From positions 21,514,001-21,578,000 of the forward strand of contig NC_043016.1 in NCBI RefSeq assembly GCF_006345805.1: a DNA stretch of 64,000 nucleotides, written 5' to 3'. The position numbers and the translations under genes are program-made. The stretch comes from Octopus sinensis (taxonomy: Eukaryota). The notes beneath the pieces were generated by a model that saw nothing but the letters and a program-made list of their open reading frames with translations, was not told where the DNA came from and did no database searches. Shown piece after piece: positions 1-12,432 of this stretch (within the stretch, counting starts at the first letter, position 1; each line of letters begins with the position of its first letter).

Positions 1-1379
1 TTCACTGCTACCTCTACATCTAATTTCTCTGCCATCAACTGGTCTTACACTACACATTCTGTTCCACTATTTAACCTCTTTTGGGGTCACTAAGGTCATT
101 GTGCCACTTGTGTCCATTAGGGCTTTTGACACCATCCCCACAACTGGGACATCCATTATATGAAGCAACTTTATAAGTACCTCTGTTTGCTTGCAGGGAT
201 TGCTAGTGGCACAGCAGTTGCCTTTTGATCATTTTCCTGACTGCAGTTGCTGATAATATGTCCTGCCCACTTGCATCAGTAGTGAATTGGTTTGGGCTTT
301 GGCTTCCTGCAGCCCCTTACTATGTGCAGGTTCTAACACTTAAAGCATAGGCCTATCTTCTCTTTGGATAGGAGAGCTGTGGGAACAAAGTGGGAAAGAG
401 AGGATGGTGACTATGATGCAGTGGGTAAGAGTGGCAGACCCGGTAAATGGAAGCTAATATGTGCCCAAAGAGAAGAGTATCTTCTCTCCTAGTCATTCTT
501 TGATCACCACCTGATGCCGTAGGCTTCCATAGCTGGTAGCACCATAACATTCTGCTTGGTGTTTCATATTGACACAAGCTTCAGTGATGAGTTCACTCAT
601 AGGCATCATGTCATTGCCTAGCAACTGTTGCAGTCACACTGATATCTTGTTGGGGAAGCCATTCACAAATGCTAGCCACTCAGACTTTTCCAGGCCTTCC
701 CCTGTAAACCCTAAGAGTGTGGTTAATCTCCGAATTTCTGCTGCATACATCTCGCCTTTCCAAGTTTGGCAAACACAGTGTGACCTTTCCACAAACATTC
801 CCTGTAAGCACTGTTCCATCTTCTCCACATCCAGTTAGTCCACTTTTTCCATTTCAAGGTACAGTGCCAATGCATTTCTCTCCAAGTTCGGAGCCTTGAA
901 ACCTGCCATTTCCTCAATGTCTTGCAACCTGGTCACCACCTTGATCATCTGAATCCAGGTGATAACATCTCTCATCACAGAAGGGTCTGATGGCATCATT
1001 ACTGATCTTCATTTTTGTTGACATATATTGTCCAGACAAGGGATAAAAAATGCACAAAGGCCAAGGAAGTTTGGGGTTGTGGGGGAAAAATGTAACTCAC
1101 TTACCTTGCAGATCCTCTTGTGATGTTGATCTTTTCCAGATGGGATATGTTTGTGAGTGCCCTATCTGCCTAACCTCCTACCAGAATCTAGTGGAAAATT
1201 TCCTGAACTCACACAGCAACCATATCCATCTTGAGTGACAGTCCCAAAGCAAAAGAGGCCTACACTAATTGTCTTTCTATTCACATGACCTCAATTGCTC
1301 TTGTCTTTCCAATAAGACCCCTTAGTTGTTTGTGTGATGTCACTGGCCCTTTACTTCTGGTGAGGTTTCCAGTCCTACA
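1..1379 (-). mobile_element. Degenerate Ty3/Gypsy LTR retrotransposon, 5' part (putative LTR, gag, protease); runs off the left edge
   Basis: Minus-strand translation gives gag-like LERNALALYLEMEK and EIRRLTTLLGFTGEGLEKSEWLAFVNGFP, two decayed CCHC knuckles (CFKC*NLHIVRGC at 309-347; HY*CKWAGHIISNC at 243-284) and an aspartic protease-like ALMDTSG (103-123) followed by VDGREIRCRG. There are in-frame stops. A possible LTR start TGTAGG lies at 1379. Confidence 0.8.
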
Positions 1380-1389
1380 GCTCCAAAAT

Positions 1390-1700
1390 AAGATTTAAAA
1401 GTGGATACTCTTTCCTAATAGATGCAAACATAAACTGCAATACAAAAAAAATTTTATATTGCATAACCTGTCCCACTTGCAAAGAAAATGTGGTCAGTCA
1501 GACTGAAAACATCCTTTATGAATGAGCAATAACTTAAACAACAGATTAAACAGGCAGATTTACAGAGGATCCCATGGCTGAATATCTAGAAATCTGTGAT
1601 AACAAATCTCAGGTTTTCTGTAAAAGCCTAAGGGATGATTCAAAACACTAGAAGGAAATGGAAAAACATTTTTCTAAAATTGAGTGTGTAAAATCTCTGT
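1390..1700 (+). mobile_element. Penelope-like element GIY-YIG endonuclease remnant
   Basis: Translation NINCNTKKILYCITCPTCKENVVSQTENIL resembles the C-x-S-x-N-x-IY-x-I-x-C-x2-C-x3-YIGQT pattern of PLE endonucleases; degenerate. Confidence 0.55.
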
Positions 1701-1842
1701 GGAAACACAGAAAATGTTATTACAAAAGAAGTTTTTGAGATAACCAAACCATCACCACATATTAATGATGCTGATGTTTTTGCTGTTACTGAAACAAATA
1801 ACTAAAAAAAAAAGCTTTCAACAATCTCATGCATGCACACAC

Positions 1843-2046
1843 CCCATGCTGGTGGCACGTAAAAAGCACCCACTACACTCTCTGAGTGGTTGGCGTTAGG
1901 AAGGGCATTCAGCTGTAGAAACTCTGCCAGATCAAGATTGGAGCTTGGTGCAGCCATCTGGTTCGCGAGCCCTCAGTCAAAATCGTCCAACCCATGCTAG
2001 CATGGAAAGCGGACGTTAAATGATGATGATGATGATGATGATGATA
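1843..2046 (+). mobile_element. Short retroposon / 5'-truncated copy of the RTE 3' UTR with (GAT)n tail
   Basis: GGTGGCACGTAAAAAGCACC...CCAACCCATGCTAGCATGGAAAGCGGACGTTAAA(TGA)n matches the 3' UTR of the RTE copy at 50975-51170. Confidence 0.9.
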
Positions 2047-2755
2047 TAAATAAAAGAAAATCATATATCTTGAACAAAAACCAGTCAACTGTTTAATGAT
2101 TTCCCTGATTAAAGCTAAAAATTTATTGAAACCAGTAGACAGCCAGATATTTTATAACTAAAACAACCAATCAGAAATCTTTTGTCTTCTGTTTCATTTT
2201 TCAATAAATAGCTGACATTTCTTTATATACATGGAAATCAATAAACAGCTGGCCTTTTTGCTGCCTAAACTGCTTAAAAAGTTAATCCTCCTGAAAAGTT
2301 GCTTGTCTTTTGTTTAAACATTTATGTCACTCAAGCACATGCACACACAAAACGGATCAAACATCTTAACTGATCAGTCCCAAACATTCTTTGTCCAACC
2401 CCCCACACCCAAGCAAACAAATTTATCAAAGGTATTTGAATTCCTGGCATTTTCAACAAACAGCTGACATCCCTCACTCAATACACATAACAATTCACAA
2501 TTTTTGAAAAATTTCAGCAAGAATGAAAGCACTAAAGAGAGTATAAGTAATAATCCTTTCTCTTACAGGCACAATGCCTGACATTTTGGGGATAGGGGAT
2601 AGTCAGTTATATTGACCCTTAGTGTTCAATTACATCATGTAGCACTATTGGGGATACCAATTTACATATTAAACACATCCTTGCAACTGGCATGTACATA
2701 CACTGCTCTACTTACTATTTAAGCAATGTATTGCTGGGTAGTTAATGAGTTTGAT

Positions 2756-2800
2756 GTGATACTGAAGAAGGAGCAATAACTCTTGAAATATGCATATACA
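2756..2800 (+). ncRNA. Degenerate hammerhead ribozyme (PLE-type)
   Basis: CTGAAGA (2762-2768), stem II AGGAG/CTCTT, then GAAAT and a palindromic ATATGCATAT; helix I is poorly paired. Confidence 0.45.
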
Positions 2801-3035
2801 TTCATTATCTATTTTTCTGTCTTAATTGCATTGTTTACATAGATGTGTTTGCATACAAAATGCTGTAGTTTTCAATGCTGGCTCTAAATTCTATGAGAAA
2901 TCTGAAACAACACAAAAGTGCGACACAGGATTGACTTATAAACCTTTAATACATTGGTAGTATATTATGGTGGCTAAACGAAATACAATGTTCCTACAAG
3001 CAATCAATATAGATATGTGTATATAATATTTTTTA

Positions 3036-3176
3036 TCTTTTACTTACTTTAGTCATTGGACTGCAGCCATGCTGGAGTACTGCCTTGAAAGGTTTAGTTG
3101 AACAAATCAACCCCAGTACTTATTATTTTTAAGTCTGGTACTTACTTATTCTATGAGACTCTTCTTGCCTAATGTG
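3036..3176 (-). mobile_element. tRNA-derived SINE, 3' fragment
   Basis: Matches the 3' end of the SINE at 36246-36676 (TTTTACTT...AGTCATTGGACTGCAGCCATGCTGGAG). Confidence 0.7.
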
Positions 3177-3309
3177 AGCCCGGAACAATCTCATTTCTTA
3201 CACTATTTCAGTATTACATGTCAAAAGTGAAACAATAACATCTCTATTGTAATGTGAAATACTTTCAGTTTTAGTACTTTTAATATTAATACTGAAACTA
3301 TTATATCAC

Positions 3310-3460
3310 TTACTATATAAATGCATATATGTAATATATATATGCATGTATATATGTATATATACATCTTCACATATGTAAGTATATATAGATGTATACA
3401 TATAGAGGTATATGTATATATATGCATATGTATACATGTATATGTATATATATTTATATG

Positions 3461-3514
<54 letters not shown>

Positions 3515-3623
3515 TATACATATATATATATGTATATAATAATAATAATTTGAGGGAATATTATTCCAAACTTACAGGGAAAAATTCAATTTAGAAATAC
3601 TAAATCAAATTTCACAAAATATA

Positions 3624-3668
<45 letters not shown>
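3310..3668. repeat. (TA)n/(TATG)n microsatellites
   Basis: Direct inspection. Confidence 0.95.
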
Positions 3669-3671
<3 letters not shown>

Positions 3672-3805
3672 TAGAAAAAACAAATTAAATTACACCATCT
3701 AAAAAATTACATATAATAGAAATATTAAATAAACGATAAAAAATAATATACCGATGATTAAGTAATGTGCAAAATAATAAATAAAACGTATATATTTGGT
3801 AGAAT

Positions 3806-3908
3806 AACAGCACGTGTTTTGTGGCTATATTTAAGAAATGATTAGAGTAAAAATATCAGTAGTAGTAGTAAAATCACTTCAATATAAATATAGCCACTTA
3901 TCAGGGTA
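3806..3908 (-). ncRNA. Degenerate hammerhead ribozyme with long helix II in a PLE pLTR-like remnant
   Basis: Minus strand reads CTGATAA-GTGGCTATATTT...AAATATAGCCAC-AAAAC-ACGTG: a 12-bp helix II with core substitutions G8A and G12A. Confidence 0.55.
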
Positions 3909-4671
3909 AAAATAACTACAATAACAAAATAATTAATTAATAAATATATGTAAATAATCTTTTCAAATATAAATATATTCTTTAAAATAGATATTAATAT
4001 ATATATAGAAACTCTGCCAGATCAGATTGGAGTCTGGTTCACCAGACCTCAATCAAATCATCCAAGCCATGCTAGCATGGAAAGCGTTTGTTAAATGATG
4101 ATGATGATGATGATGATGATGATATATATATATAAGATACAAAATATATATTTTAGTCAAGTTCTCTTTAGTCATGATCAATGTTCACATCAGGATGACC
4201 CTTCACTACACTTAAATATGCTAAATATTTCAGGTTTACCATCACACATTAAAATTAAAGACTAATGTAGCAATTATTCTCTTACATACAATTGACTAAG
4301 CTAATTGTATGTGTAATGGTGAACATATATGTACCAAATGACAAACATTCCACAAAGAACATTGCTTACTAGGAAGTTCTAATTTAGAAAGACTTCTGGC
4401 AATGAAATATGAAACCAACAAAACAGATTTCAGAAATAGCAGCAAACAGTATTTATCAACACCTCAGGCTTGGCATCATTTACACATGAATTACAAAATA
4501 TGGAAACAGTAAAAACAATCAGTTAAAAAAAACTTGGAGTGAATTTGAAGTTTGACAGCAGGTTAGCTTGTTGCAACCTGCTACAGCACAAGTTGAACTA
4601 TAAAATGCACAAACATGTTGGGTATATAAACTTCTTTTTATCCTCCATTCTCTTTTTTCTTTCCCAATTAG

Positions 4672-5098
4672 GGTAGCCACGTCTCCCTATTTTCCTCTCT
4701 GGCTCTCTCTCCCTCCCTTTCTATCCTTTCTTTCCTAACTAGGTGACTATGTATCTCCTCAACAGCAAGACACTTATCTCTATTATACTTTAACTTCTCC
4801 CCAATCAAGGGTCTTGCTCCTGGAAGTTACTCAGAGACCCCCACCGGTGCTGGTGCCACATAAAAATGGTTGGCACTATAAGAGGCATCCAGCTGAAGAA
4901 CCATGACACTGTGCTGGTTCCACATTAAGTTCATACAATACATTCTGTATAGTGGCTGGTATTAAGAAGGGCATCCAGCTACAGAAATCATACCAAACCA
5001 GACATTGAATCCTGGCATTGTTTTCTGTCTTGCCAGCTTCTGTTACACTGCCCAACCTATGCTAGCATAAAAAATAGATATGAAATGATGATGATGAT
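4672..5098 (+). mobile_element. Old member of the RTE-tail retroposon family
   Basis: GGTGCCACATAAAAA module, GAAGGGCATCCAGCT and CCAACCTATGCTAGCAT...(ATG)n tail. Confidence 0.75.
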
Positions 5099-6544
5099 TA
5101 TGACTTCAATAGGGACTGGACAAATTACATAATATTAAAACCATACTTGAACTATAACTTTCTTGACATCAAAGAACAAAAAAGATTCAGCAGAAACAGA
5201 ATAATCAGCAATAGATTCAAAAACAAACATTTATACAGGTACATATATTTCTTTAAGTTAATTAACTTTTTCATAATGTTAATTTTAACAGTTGCTTTCG
5301 AAATTAGCATTACTTCATAGATATTCATTAATACTTTCAGAAAGTGAATAATTAATTATCCAGTAACACAAAAAACAGACAATACAGATCCATCACAACC
5401 ATTATGAAGGCACCAGACTTTCAGAGCATAATTTGTAGGATTTTCTAATGAAATGAATATACCAGATGGACTCAGTAAAATCTCAGGAATAACCTGGGGA
5501 TTATAGAATAAATGAAGAAAACACATGCATAACATATAATAGTTGCAGTAACAATATACATGAAAAATATATTGGGTATACTTTAATAATGCATGTAATA
5601 TTTTTTAATAGCAGTTAAATCTTCCTTAAACCACTCTTAAAGAGTGAAACAACTGTCTTCTGATTCTTAACACACACCACTCTTCATTAAACCCTGTTCC
5701 TTCCTGCATGTCATGTGTGTACCTATGCATACACTTTAGGAATATGTGATACAATGATATAAAATGTAAAATATACTATCTTAAAGATAATGTGTTCATA
5801 TATATATATATATATTGGTTCATCCTGTCCATATCTTTCCCTTATGATAAGGGCAAAGGATTTTGTAACATTTGCAACTCTGAACTCTTCCATATTCTCT
5901 TCTCTAATAATCACCTTGCTAGCACACTTATAGAGCGATCTTACAAATGTAAGCACTGGCAGAAACATACCTTTAGCTCATATAAGTAATTTTACCAGTC
6001 TTTATAGTTTGAACATTTAGTTCAACTTGCACTTTACTTCAATAGAGAAATCTACTTCCAAGCCTTTGAACATTTTTTAACCAATATATCCCTCTTTATT
6101 TGTTCTCTACTTATTATTTCTTTACCCCTTCTCTTCCTAGGGTCTGCCTTTGAAGTCGGATCTACTAATGATTTTTTAAAAATACTTAATAGTGTTCTGT
6201 TTATCATTTATGCAGTCAGCAAAATTGTTATAATGTCTTGTAGTTGAGATAGCTTCTCTTTCTTTCCTGATGAGAAGATTGCATTATTTTACACAGTTTA
6301 TCCCTTTGGAATAAAACCAATGTTGTCTTCAAAGCATATGTTGAAAGTAAAAGAATTTGAATAGCATCTGCATTCAACTCCATTTATTTACTTATACTAT
6401 ACAAATTACTGCACATTAACTCGGAGTTTCTACCTTTGAATAGGTCGTTGTATCCTTGTTACTTGCGTGAATTTTACTACCCTGGTAACTGTTTATTGAA
6501 TTTTCCATGTTAACAGTAAACAAAGGATAATTCACTCATCCATT

Positions 6545-6608
6545 TACATATATATAATATATATATATATTATATATATATATATATATATAATATTATA
6601 TATATATA

Positions 6609-6655
<47 letters not shown>

Positions 6656-6723
6656 TAATATATATATATATTCTATATATATATATATATATATTCTATA
6701 TATATATATATATATTCTATATA

Positions 6724-6787
<64 letters not shown>

Positions 6788-6846
6788 GTATTTATATTAT
6801 ATACATATATATATTCTATATATATATCTTTTATACATATATTATA
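6545..6846. repeat. (TA)n microsatellite tract
   Basis: Direct inspection. Confidence 0.95.
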
Positions 6847-7452
6847 TATGGGACACTTTTCCCATTCAAACTACTCCAGCCTTTGGAATGTCTTTCTCAT
6901 TGTATGTGGCTGAGTATTATCCTGATGGAAGAACCTCAGTTGTCTTGAAACCAAAGATGGCCGTTTTTCTTCTGGCATTGTTGAATGACCAAATTGAAGC
7001 TTCTCTGCTAGTTCTTCAACAGTTACAATGGGATTTTGTTCCACCAGGGTTTGCAGGACATCTTCATTGAGCTCTAAAGATCTTCCAGGATGAGGCTCAT
7101 CTTCTAAGCTGTAGTTTTTGGCTTGGAATTTTTGGAACCATCGTTTACACTGGCTTGTGCTTATTGTCCGATCCTCATATACTACATTAATATTCCTCAC
7201 GTTTTCCATTGCTTATTAATTGAGCTCATTAAGCAAAATATGTTAGTTCCATTATTGTTAGTTCCATTATAGCTTTGAAAAAATAACTGTTAAAATTGAA
7301 CTGTGCTCTTCGAAACTTGCGCTAAGAATAAGGACAAGGTTAAATTATTACCTGCTTTTATAGCAAGTTGAAGCAGATAGTTTATCCTGTCCCCCTTTTT
7401 CTTTTAGTTCATGCATTTGAAAAAACTGCATTATTTATGGGATGACTCAGTA
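6847..7452 (-). mobile_element. Internally deleted mariner (Tc1/mariner) element
   Basis: ORF 6871-7209: N-terminal HTH (QCKRWFQKFQAKNYSLEDEPHPGRS) is joined directly to the catalytic-region HQDNTQPHT. Mariner-type terminus TACTGAGTCATCCCATAAATAATGC near 7452. Confidence 0.85.
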
Positions 7453-7839
7453 CTTTTAGAACATTTCCTCCACTGTGCATTAAGTCTCTTAGGTAAGAGA
7501 AACTATCTACTGTATCTGCTTCCTGAGTATTCTAGAACATCTATTTCCTATGTGCTCTTAATATTTATTGCACTTATGCCACATGCAAAGTTTACTTTCT
7601 CTATTAACCATCATGTAATTCTACTGTATCTCTTGTGAGCTATAGTTTGCACCGGCAATGACCTTAGCAAGGTTGAGATATATCACATCCATATTTGAAT
7701 GGTTGAGTAGTTTTTTTCAGTACCCAGCTATAATGTTTTAGTAGCTAAGGCAGCTCCTTCCCGAATGAAAGCTATGTTGCATTGTAGTGGGCAAACCATT
7801 TCTTTCTAGGAACCTGATCAGCTTCCTTCTAACAATGCA

Positions 7840-8060
7840 TATCATCACCAGCAGCAGCATTTAATGTTCAATTTCCATGCTGCACAGATTGTTTGGTTTG
7901 AGAAGATCTAGCTAGCAACAGAGATGTATTGTGCTTCAATCTCAGCTTTGGTATGGTCTTGCTGGCTGGAGACCCTTCCTAACACTAACCACTTTACAGT
8001 GTGTACTGAGTACCTTTTTTGTGTCACTGGTACTAGTGGAGTTGCCAAGTAATTTGCAAG
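7840..8060 (-). mobile_element. Old RTE-tail retroposon copy
   Basis: (CAT)n tail, TTTCCATGCTG and CCCTTCCTAACACTAACCACT motifs. Confidence 0.65.
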
Positions 8061-8400
8061 ATAAAAAAGAATAAAACAAAGGAAAAAGGGCAAAGCTCTC
8101 TCAGCTAAGTGGGGGCAGTATTTGTGAGGATGAAGAGGTGATTTTAAAAATAATATTTACAACAATGATAATAATAACAATAGCAACAACAACAATTATG
8201 ATCAATTAATCAAATAAGAACCAAAAGAAACAACAATGATAAGATGTGAATAAAGTTAGGAATAATAGAAGGAAAGAAGATAAATAGTGACTAGAGTACA
8301 CAGAAATGGTAAAAAAAGGGGAGAAGACTTGGATTTAATGGGGTGGTGGTGGTGGTGGTGGTGGTGGTGGTACTACTACTACTACTAATAATAATAATAT

Positions 8401-8604
8401 TAATCCTTTCTTCTGTAGGCACAGGGCCTGAAATTTGTGGGGAGATGGTAAGTCAATCATGTCGACCCCAATACTTAATTTATTGACCCCAAAAGGATGA
8501 AAGGCAAAGTTACCTTGGCAGAATTTGAACTCAGAATGTAGTGACAGGTGAGACAGTGCTAAGCATTTCATCCAGCATGCTAAGGATTCTGCCAGCTCAC
8601 TGCC
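8401..8604 (-). mobile_element. tRNA-derived SINE (second family)
   Basis: Minus strand GGCAGTGAGCTGGCAGAATCC...GAGTTCAAATTCTGCC...TTTGCCTTTCATCCTTTTGGGGTCAATAAATTAAGT; same family as 37727-37942. Both flanks are trinucleotide repeats. Confidence 0.85.
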
Positions 8605-8605
8605 T

Positions 8606-8625
8606 TAATAATAATAATGATGATG

Positions 8626-8699
<74 letters not shown>

Positions 8700-8700
8700 C
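8606..8700. repeat. (AAT)n microsatellite
   Basis: Direct inspection. Confidence 0.95.
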
Positions 8701-9989
8701 TATATAATAATCTGCTTGTCTATTTACCTTTAGAGAGGTGGAATAAGAATGAGAGAAAGAGGGATAGGGAGGAATGAAGAAAGAAAGGGGGAAGAACTAG
8801 AGAATGGTGATTAATAATAGTCAGCTGAAGGTAGAGGCAAAGAATGAGAGAAAAAGAGGGTGTGAGAAGTGTTAATGACATGTGGTGGGGTGGAGAAGGA
8901 ATACTTATTATGTAGTTAAAAAGTTAGCTGAAGGAAAAGATGGATAGAGAGATGGACAGGGGAGGCAGTTATACTGAGAGAGAAAGAGAGAGAAAAGCAG
9001 ATAACAGTGGTGGTGTGTTGATAGTGTAAAGTATTTCTTGTATTGAACTAATCTTTTTTTTATAGTGACCATCACATACACATAGGTGCAATTATTTATC
9101 TTCTGCTCTCTTAAAAAAATTGATATTTGCTTATCTGAGTTAATTTATCCTAAACTCTGGATTCACAAGAAACACAGTTGCAGCTGTCTAAGAAAGGATG
9201 TGAAAATAGAGAGCACAGATCAGAGAGGAACATTGAAAAGATATAATAAAAAGAGGTAAAAGACAACACCAACAGAGACGTGAGGATTTGAAAGTAAACA
9301 AGTGTCAAGAATATTTGGAGAAAGCTAAACTATGAATGCAGTAAAAATGCAAATCATCCTTTCTCTTTTAAGTAGGTCTTCTTATTGTTGTATTTTGGAA
9401 TGGTCATTTTGCCAGTTTAGCCAATAAAAACACACGCACTATATATTTGGTGTTACTTTGCTTCAGTGTTATTTATTTTTTACATTAATCTTAATCTTAT
9501 TTCATCCCGAGTTCTTTCGTCACACTCCTGTGACCTCATCAGTGGTCCTTTGCTTTCTTCTTTCTTATCTGTGTGTCTCTCCTTACTAACGGTCAGCCAT
9601 TTTATATTTTGCATTTCTATTGTATGTGTTTTCATTTGTGCATGCGTATACCTCTATGTGTGTCTATGTTTAGTTAGTGTGTGTGTGTGGGGGGGGGTCT
9701 TCTTAATATTTTCCATTCCATGGAATTTACAATAGAATAAGTAATAAAAAAATAATGATTTCTTTATTAACCACTAAGGCTTTACAAAATGATTGGGATG
9801 GTACAATGAGAGATTACATGAAAGAGTGTGTAAACAGAAAATAGCTAATAATAAATTTTAACAAAGACTCCTCTAAGAGGGAAATTTCCAAGGGCTACTC
9901 ATGGAAATACTCTGAAACCATTGTTACCTTGACCATTAAGGCAATTGCTTTTTGTATATTGTTTTACTTCAGTCCACAAGTGTATGCTT

Positions 9990-11440
9990 AGAGTAGGCCC
10001 ATTCACTCAAACCATGCTTGCCATTATCATACATCTTTCAACATAAATATTAGGAAGTAGCACTTCATCCCTCCCCTTCACTTTCTTTTTCAAGCTGAAC
10101 TTGAAAAAGTCGATGAGGGTCATGGCCAAAAAGGAAGGAGTCTTCAATTCTTTCAATCTGGTTGACCACACAACCTCTTTTGCTAAGGCTACCAGACAGA
10201 TAAACACTGCCTGTCCTTCCAGGCCAAAGAAGTTGGTGAATTATCTTTACAATGTATTCAACCAGTAGCCAGATCCTTCCTATGCATGACAACAGCTGTT
10301 TGACATAAAACCCACATGTGAACAATGTTCAGGCACTGGATGAGTGAATGTGGAACATTTTCATCACTCAGCATGCATCTTGGCCAGGCCTGGCTGACTT
10401 CTGTACCTATAGAGTTTATCTTGAAGTTGTAATACTCCCCAGCAGCACTACTAGGCTATGGATTTCTGGAAATTTTCTTTGAGCCCTAGTCCAAAAGTCC
10501 TCTCAGACAGACCAGTCACTTGACTTTTATCAACTCACAGGCTTTTCTTCAGAACATTGTCATTCTTGCTCATAACTTCCCCTCTGTAGAATGCTGTGGT
10601 TGAAATTGCTCCAATTGCACTACTCAACTAGCAGATGGCCTATGGATTACAAAGCTGTTGCCAAGGGCCTTGTCTTGGTCTTTGCCTGATCCATGACTGC
10701 AGTTCTATCAAAGAGATGAGCTGTGGAGTAAATGAATCTGACAAATGGGGACTACACCTGTTCACTGTCAAAGAATTGTTGGAGATGTCACAGCCTCATT
10801 GCATGTCTGCATGTCATCAGCCACGTGCCCAGTATTCCTCACAGCAGTGTTGATAACAAATGGAGTATCTAACCAGTGGAGTGCATCCTTTCCACAGAAA
10901 GTGGAAAAGCAAGCACTCCAGGCCAGTCAGACATGAACTGGAGCAAGACATAACATTAGGTGGTAATATGACAAAGGTTATATATACATGTGCCACCTCT
11001 GCTAACCTTTCAAGGATAGCTTTCTCTTACCTCATTTCTGGGTGAGTTTGGCCACTCTGCTTGTCACATCATCCAAATTCTTCTTTACTTGGAGATTTGG
11101 ATGATCAAACCAGACTCCAAGAAATTTGACTGGCCTGTTTCCTATGACACTGTTGGATGGCATGAACCTGCTTCTCCAGGTGCCAAGCTGCAGGCCCACT
11201 GACTTTCCTTGGTTGATTTTTGTTCCTCTTTCTTAGAGCAGTGCCAGTTATCTTGATGTGCTTGGTATCCAACACTATCAGGGTGACTTCCACATCTTAG
11301 TTTGCATGGGATGCCTCTCAACATCTCCAGTTTCTGAAGTAATGGTTCAAGAGTCAATACAGAGATGAGAGGGGACAATCTTGATGGACTGAGTACATGG
11401 TACTGAATGGTGACATTCTCTATAACCACTGAGCAGATGT
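9990..11440 (-). mobile_element. Degenerate L1/Tx1-clade non-LTR retrotransposon (RT C-terminus and zf-RVT region)
   Basis: Fragments LSPLISVLTLEPLLQKLEMLRGIP and EVTLIVLDTKHI (RT motifs 4-5 region), then DENVPHSLIQCLNIVHMW..YVKQLLSCIGRI and LVALAKEVVWSTR, typical of the Tx1 C-terminal cysteine-rich domain. Many frameshifts. Confidence 0.75.
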
Positions 11441-11950
11441 TCTACGTTGCAGCAATCCAACTGTAGAAGACAAGACCAAAACCAGCTACTATGAAGACAG
11501 CTACTAAGTGTTGATGGTGACCCTATTGAACGCTTTCAGTTGATACTCCATAAATAACAGGAACGATAATGATGATGACAGCAAGGGTGTATTGATTTGG
11601 AAGAATCAAATGACCATTAGTGTGAAAATCTTGATTAGAGTGTAGTTATGTAGTAGATGAAAGGAAAAGATACTGAAAATAAAACTCAAGGAGATGTAGA
11701 TGCAATGTTGATAAATATCAAGAAAATGACACAGATTAATAATAACTCAGATGATAAATTTGTGATAGAAGCATAATATTCATTCGACTGGAACCTGAGA
11801 AGGGGAATGGCAAAGTGTATACACATAGATGTAAACATATACATCAGTAACTCTTGATCCTAAAAATGGAATGAGAAGGAGGCAGCATTACACAAAATTC
11901 ATTCAAATGAGGGGACATGAAATAAAATTAAATCAAAACTAGTATTAAAT

Positions 11951-12236
11951 TAGAAATATTAATATTTCTAAACCTCTCTAAAGGAGACTACAGCAGCAGT
12001 ACTGGATATTATTAATTATGGTCAGCAGCAACGCCTGTTGGGTTCAGCTACTCCACATTGGTAAGGAGCAACTACCTTGAAACTACTCTGTGGATGCCAG
12101 ACCAGCAAGGGGAAACTGCTGACCTGCCCTGTTCGAAGGTTATATTGGACACAGCTAGAGGCAACGGCCTCTTGGAGCTAATCAATGGCAGCATTTGTCC
12201 TATTTTCCTGGACTGCCATGTTAGCTTGGCGATAAC
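11951..12236 (+). mobile_element. Old diverged monomer of the 362-bp hammerhead (retrozyme-like) repeat, with internal inversion
   Basis: 12021-12236 aligns by eye to the reverse complement of the array unit (GTTCGAAGGTTATAT, GAGCTAAT, TGGCGATAAC). 11951-12019 aligns to the unit end in the opposite orientation (TAGAAATATTAA...CTCTCTAAA.GAGA...CAGC.GCAG). Confidence 0.85.
12052..12094 (+). ncRNA. Decayed type I hammerhead (U3-A8 core) in the old monomer
   Basis: TCCACA-TTGGTAA-GGAGCAACTACCTT-GAAAC-TA-CTC-TGTGGA: perfect 6-bp helix I, but core changes A6G and G16.2C. Confidence 0.7.
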
Positions 12237-12432
12237 TTAATAATATTAAATTCTAGTGTGATTAAGTATTAAATGAACAAATAGCTAAATGGTTAGCTAG
12301 TTGGTAAATAAATTTGCTGAAACTGCTGTGTCAAAATGGTAGAGATTAAAAATAACCACTGTCTATGTGCAACAGAGGATTGAGAAGATGTGCATGCTTG
12401 TGTGTGTATATAGGTTGGTAGTTGCATAAACA

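Noticed and set aside
5356-5493. Minus-strand segment after a good acceptor, reading VIPEILLSPSGIFISLENPTNYALKVWCLHN (vaguely WD40-like), plus a 26-nt candidate at 4370-4395
   Set aside because: No phase-compatible donor links the two and no further exons were found; it could be decayed TE sequence. TBLASTN or RNA-seq would settle it.
5700-7840. Scattered CR1-like RT scraps (e.g. DVIYLNLAK near 7660-7700, minus strand)
   Set aside because: Too decayed to give defensible boundaries or a family call.
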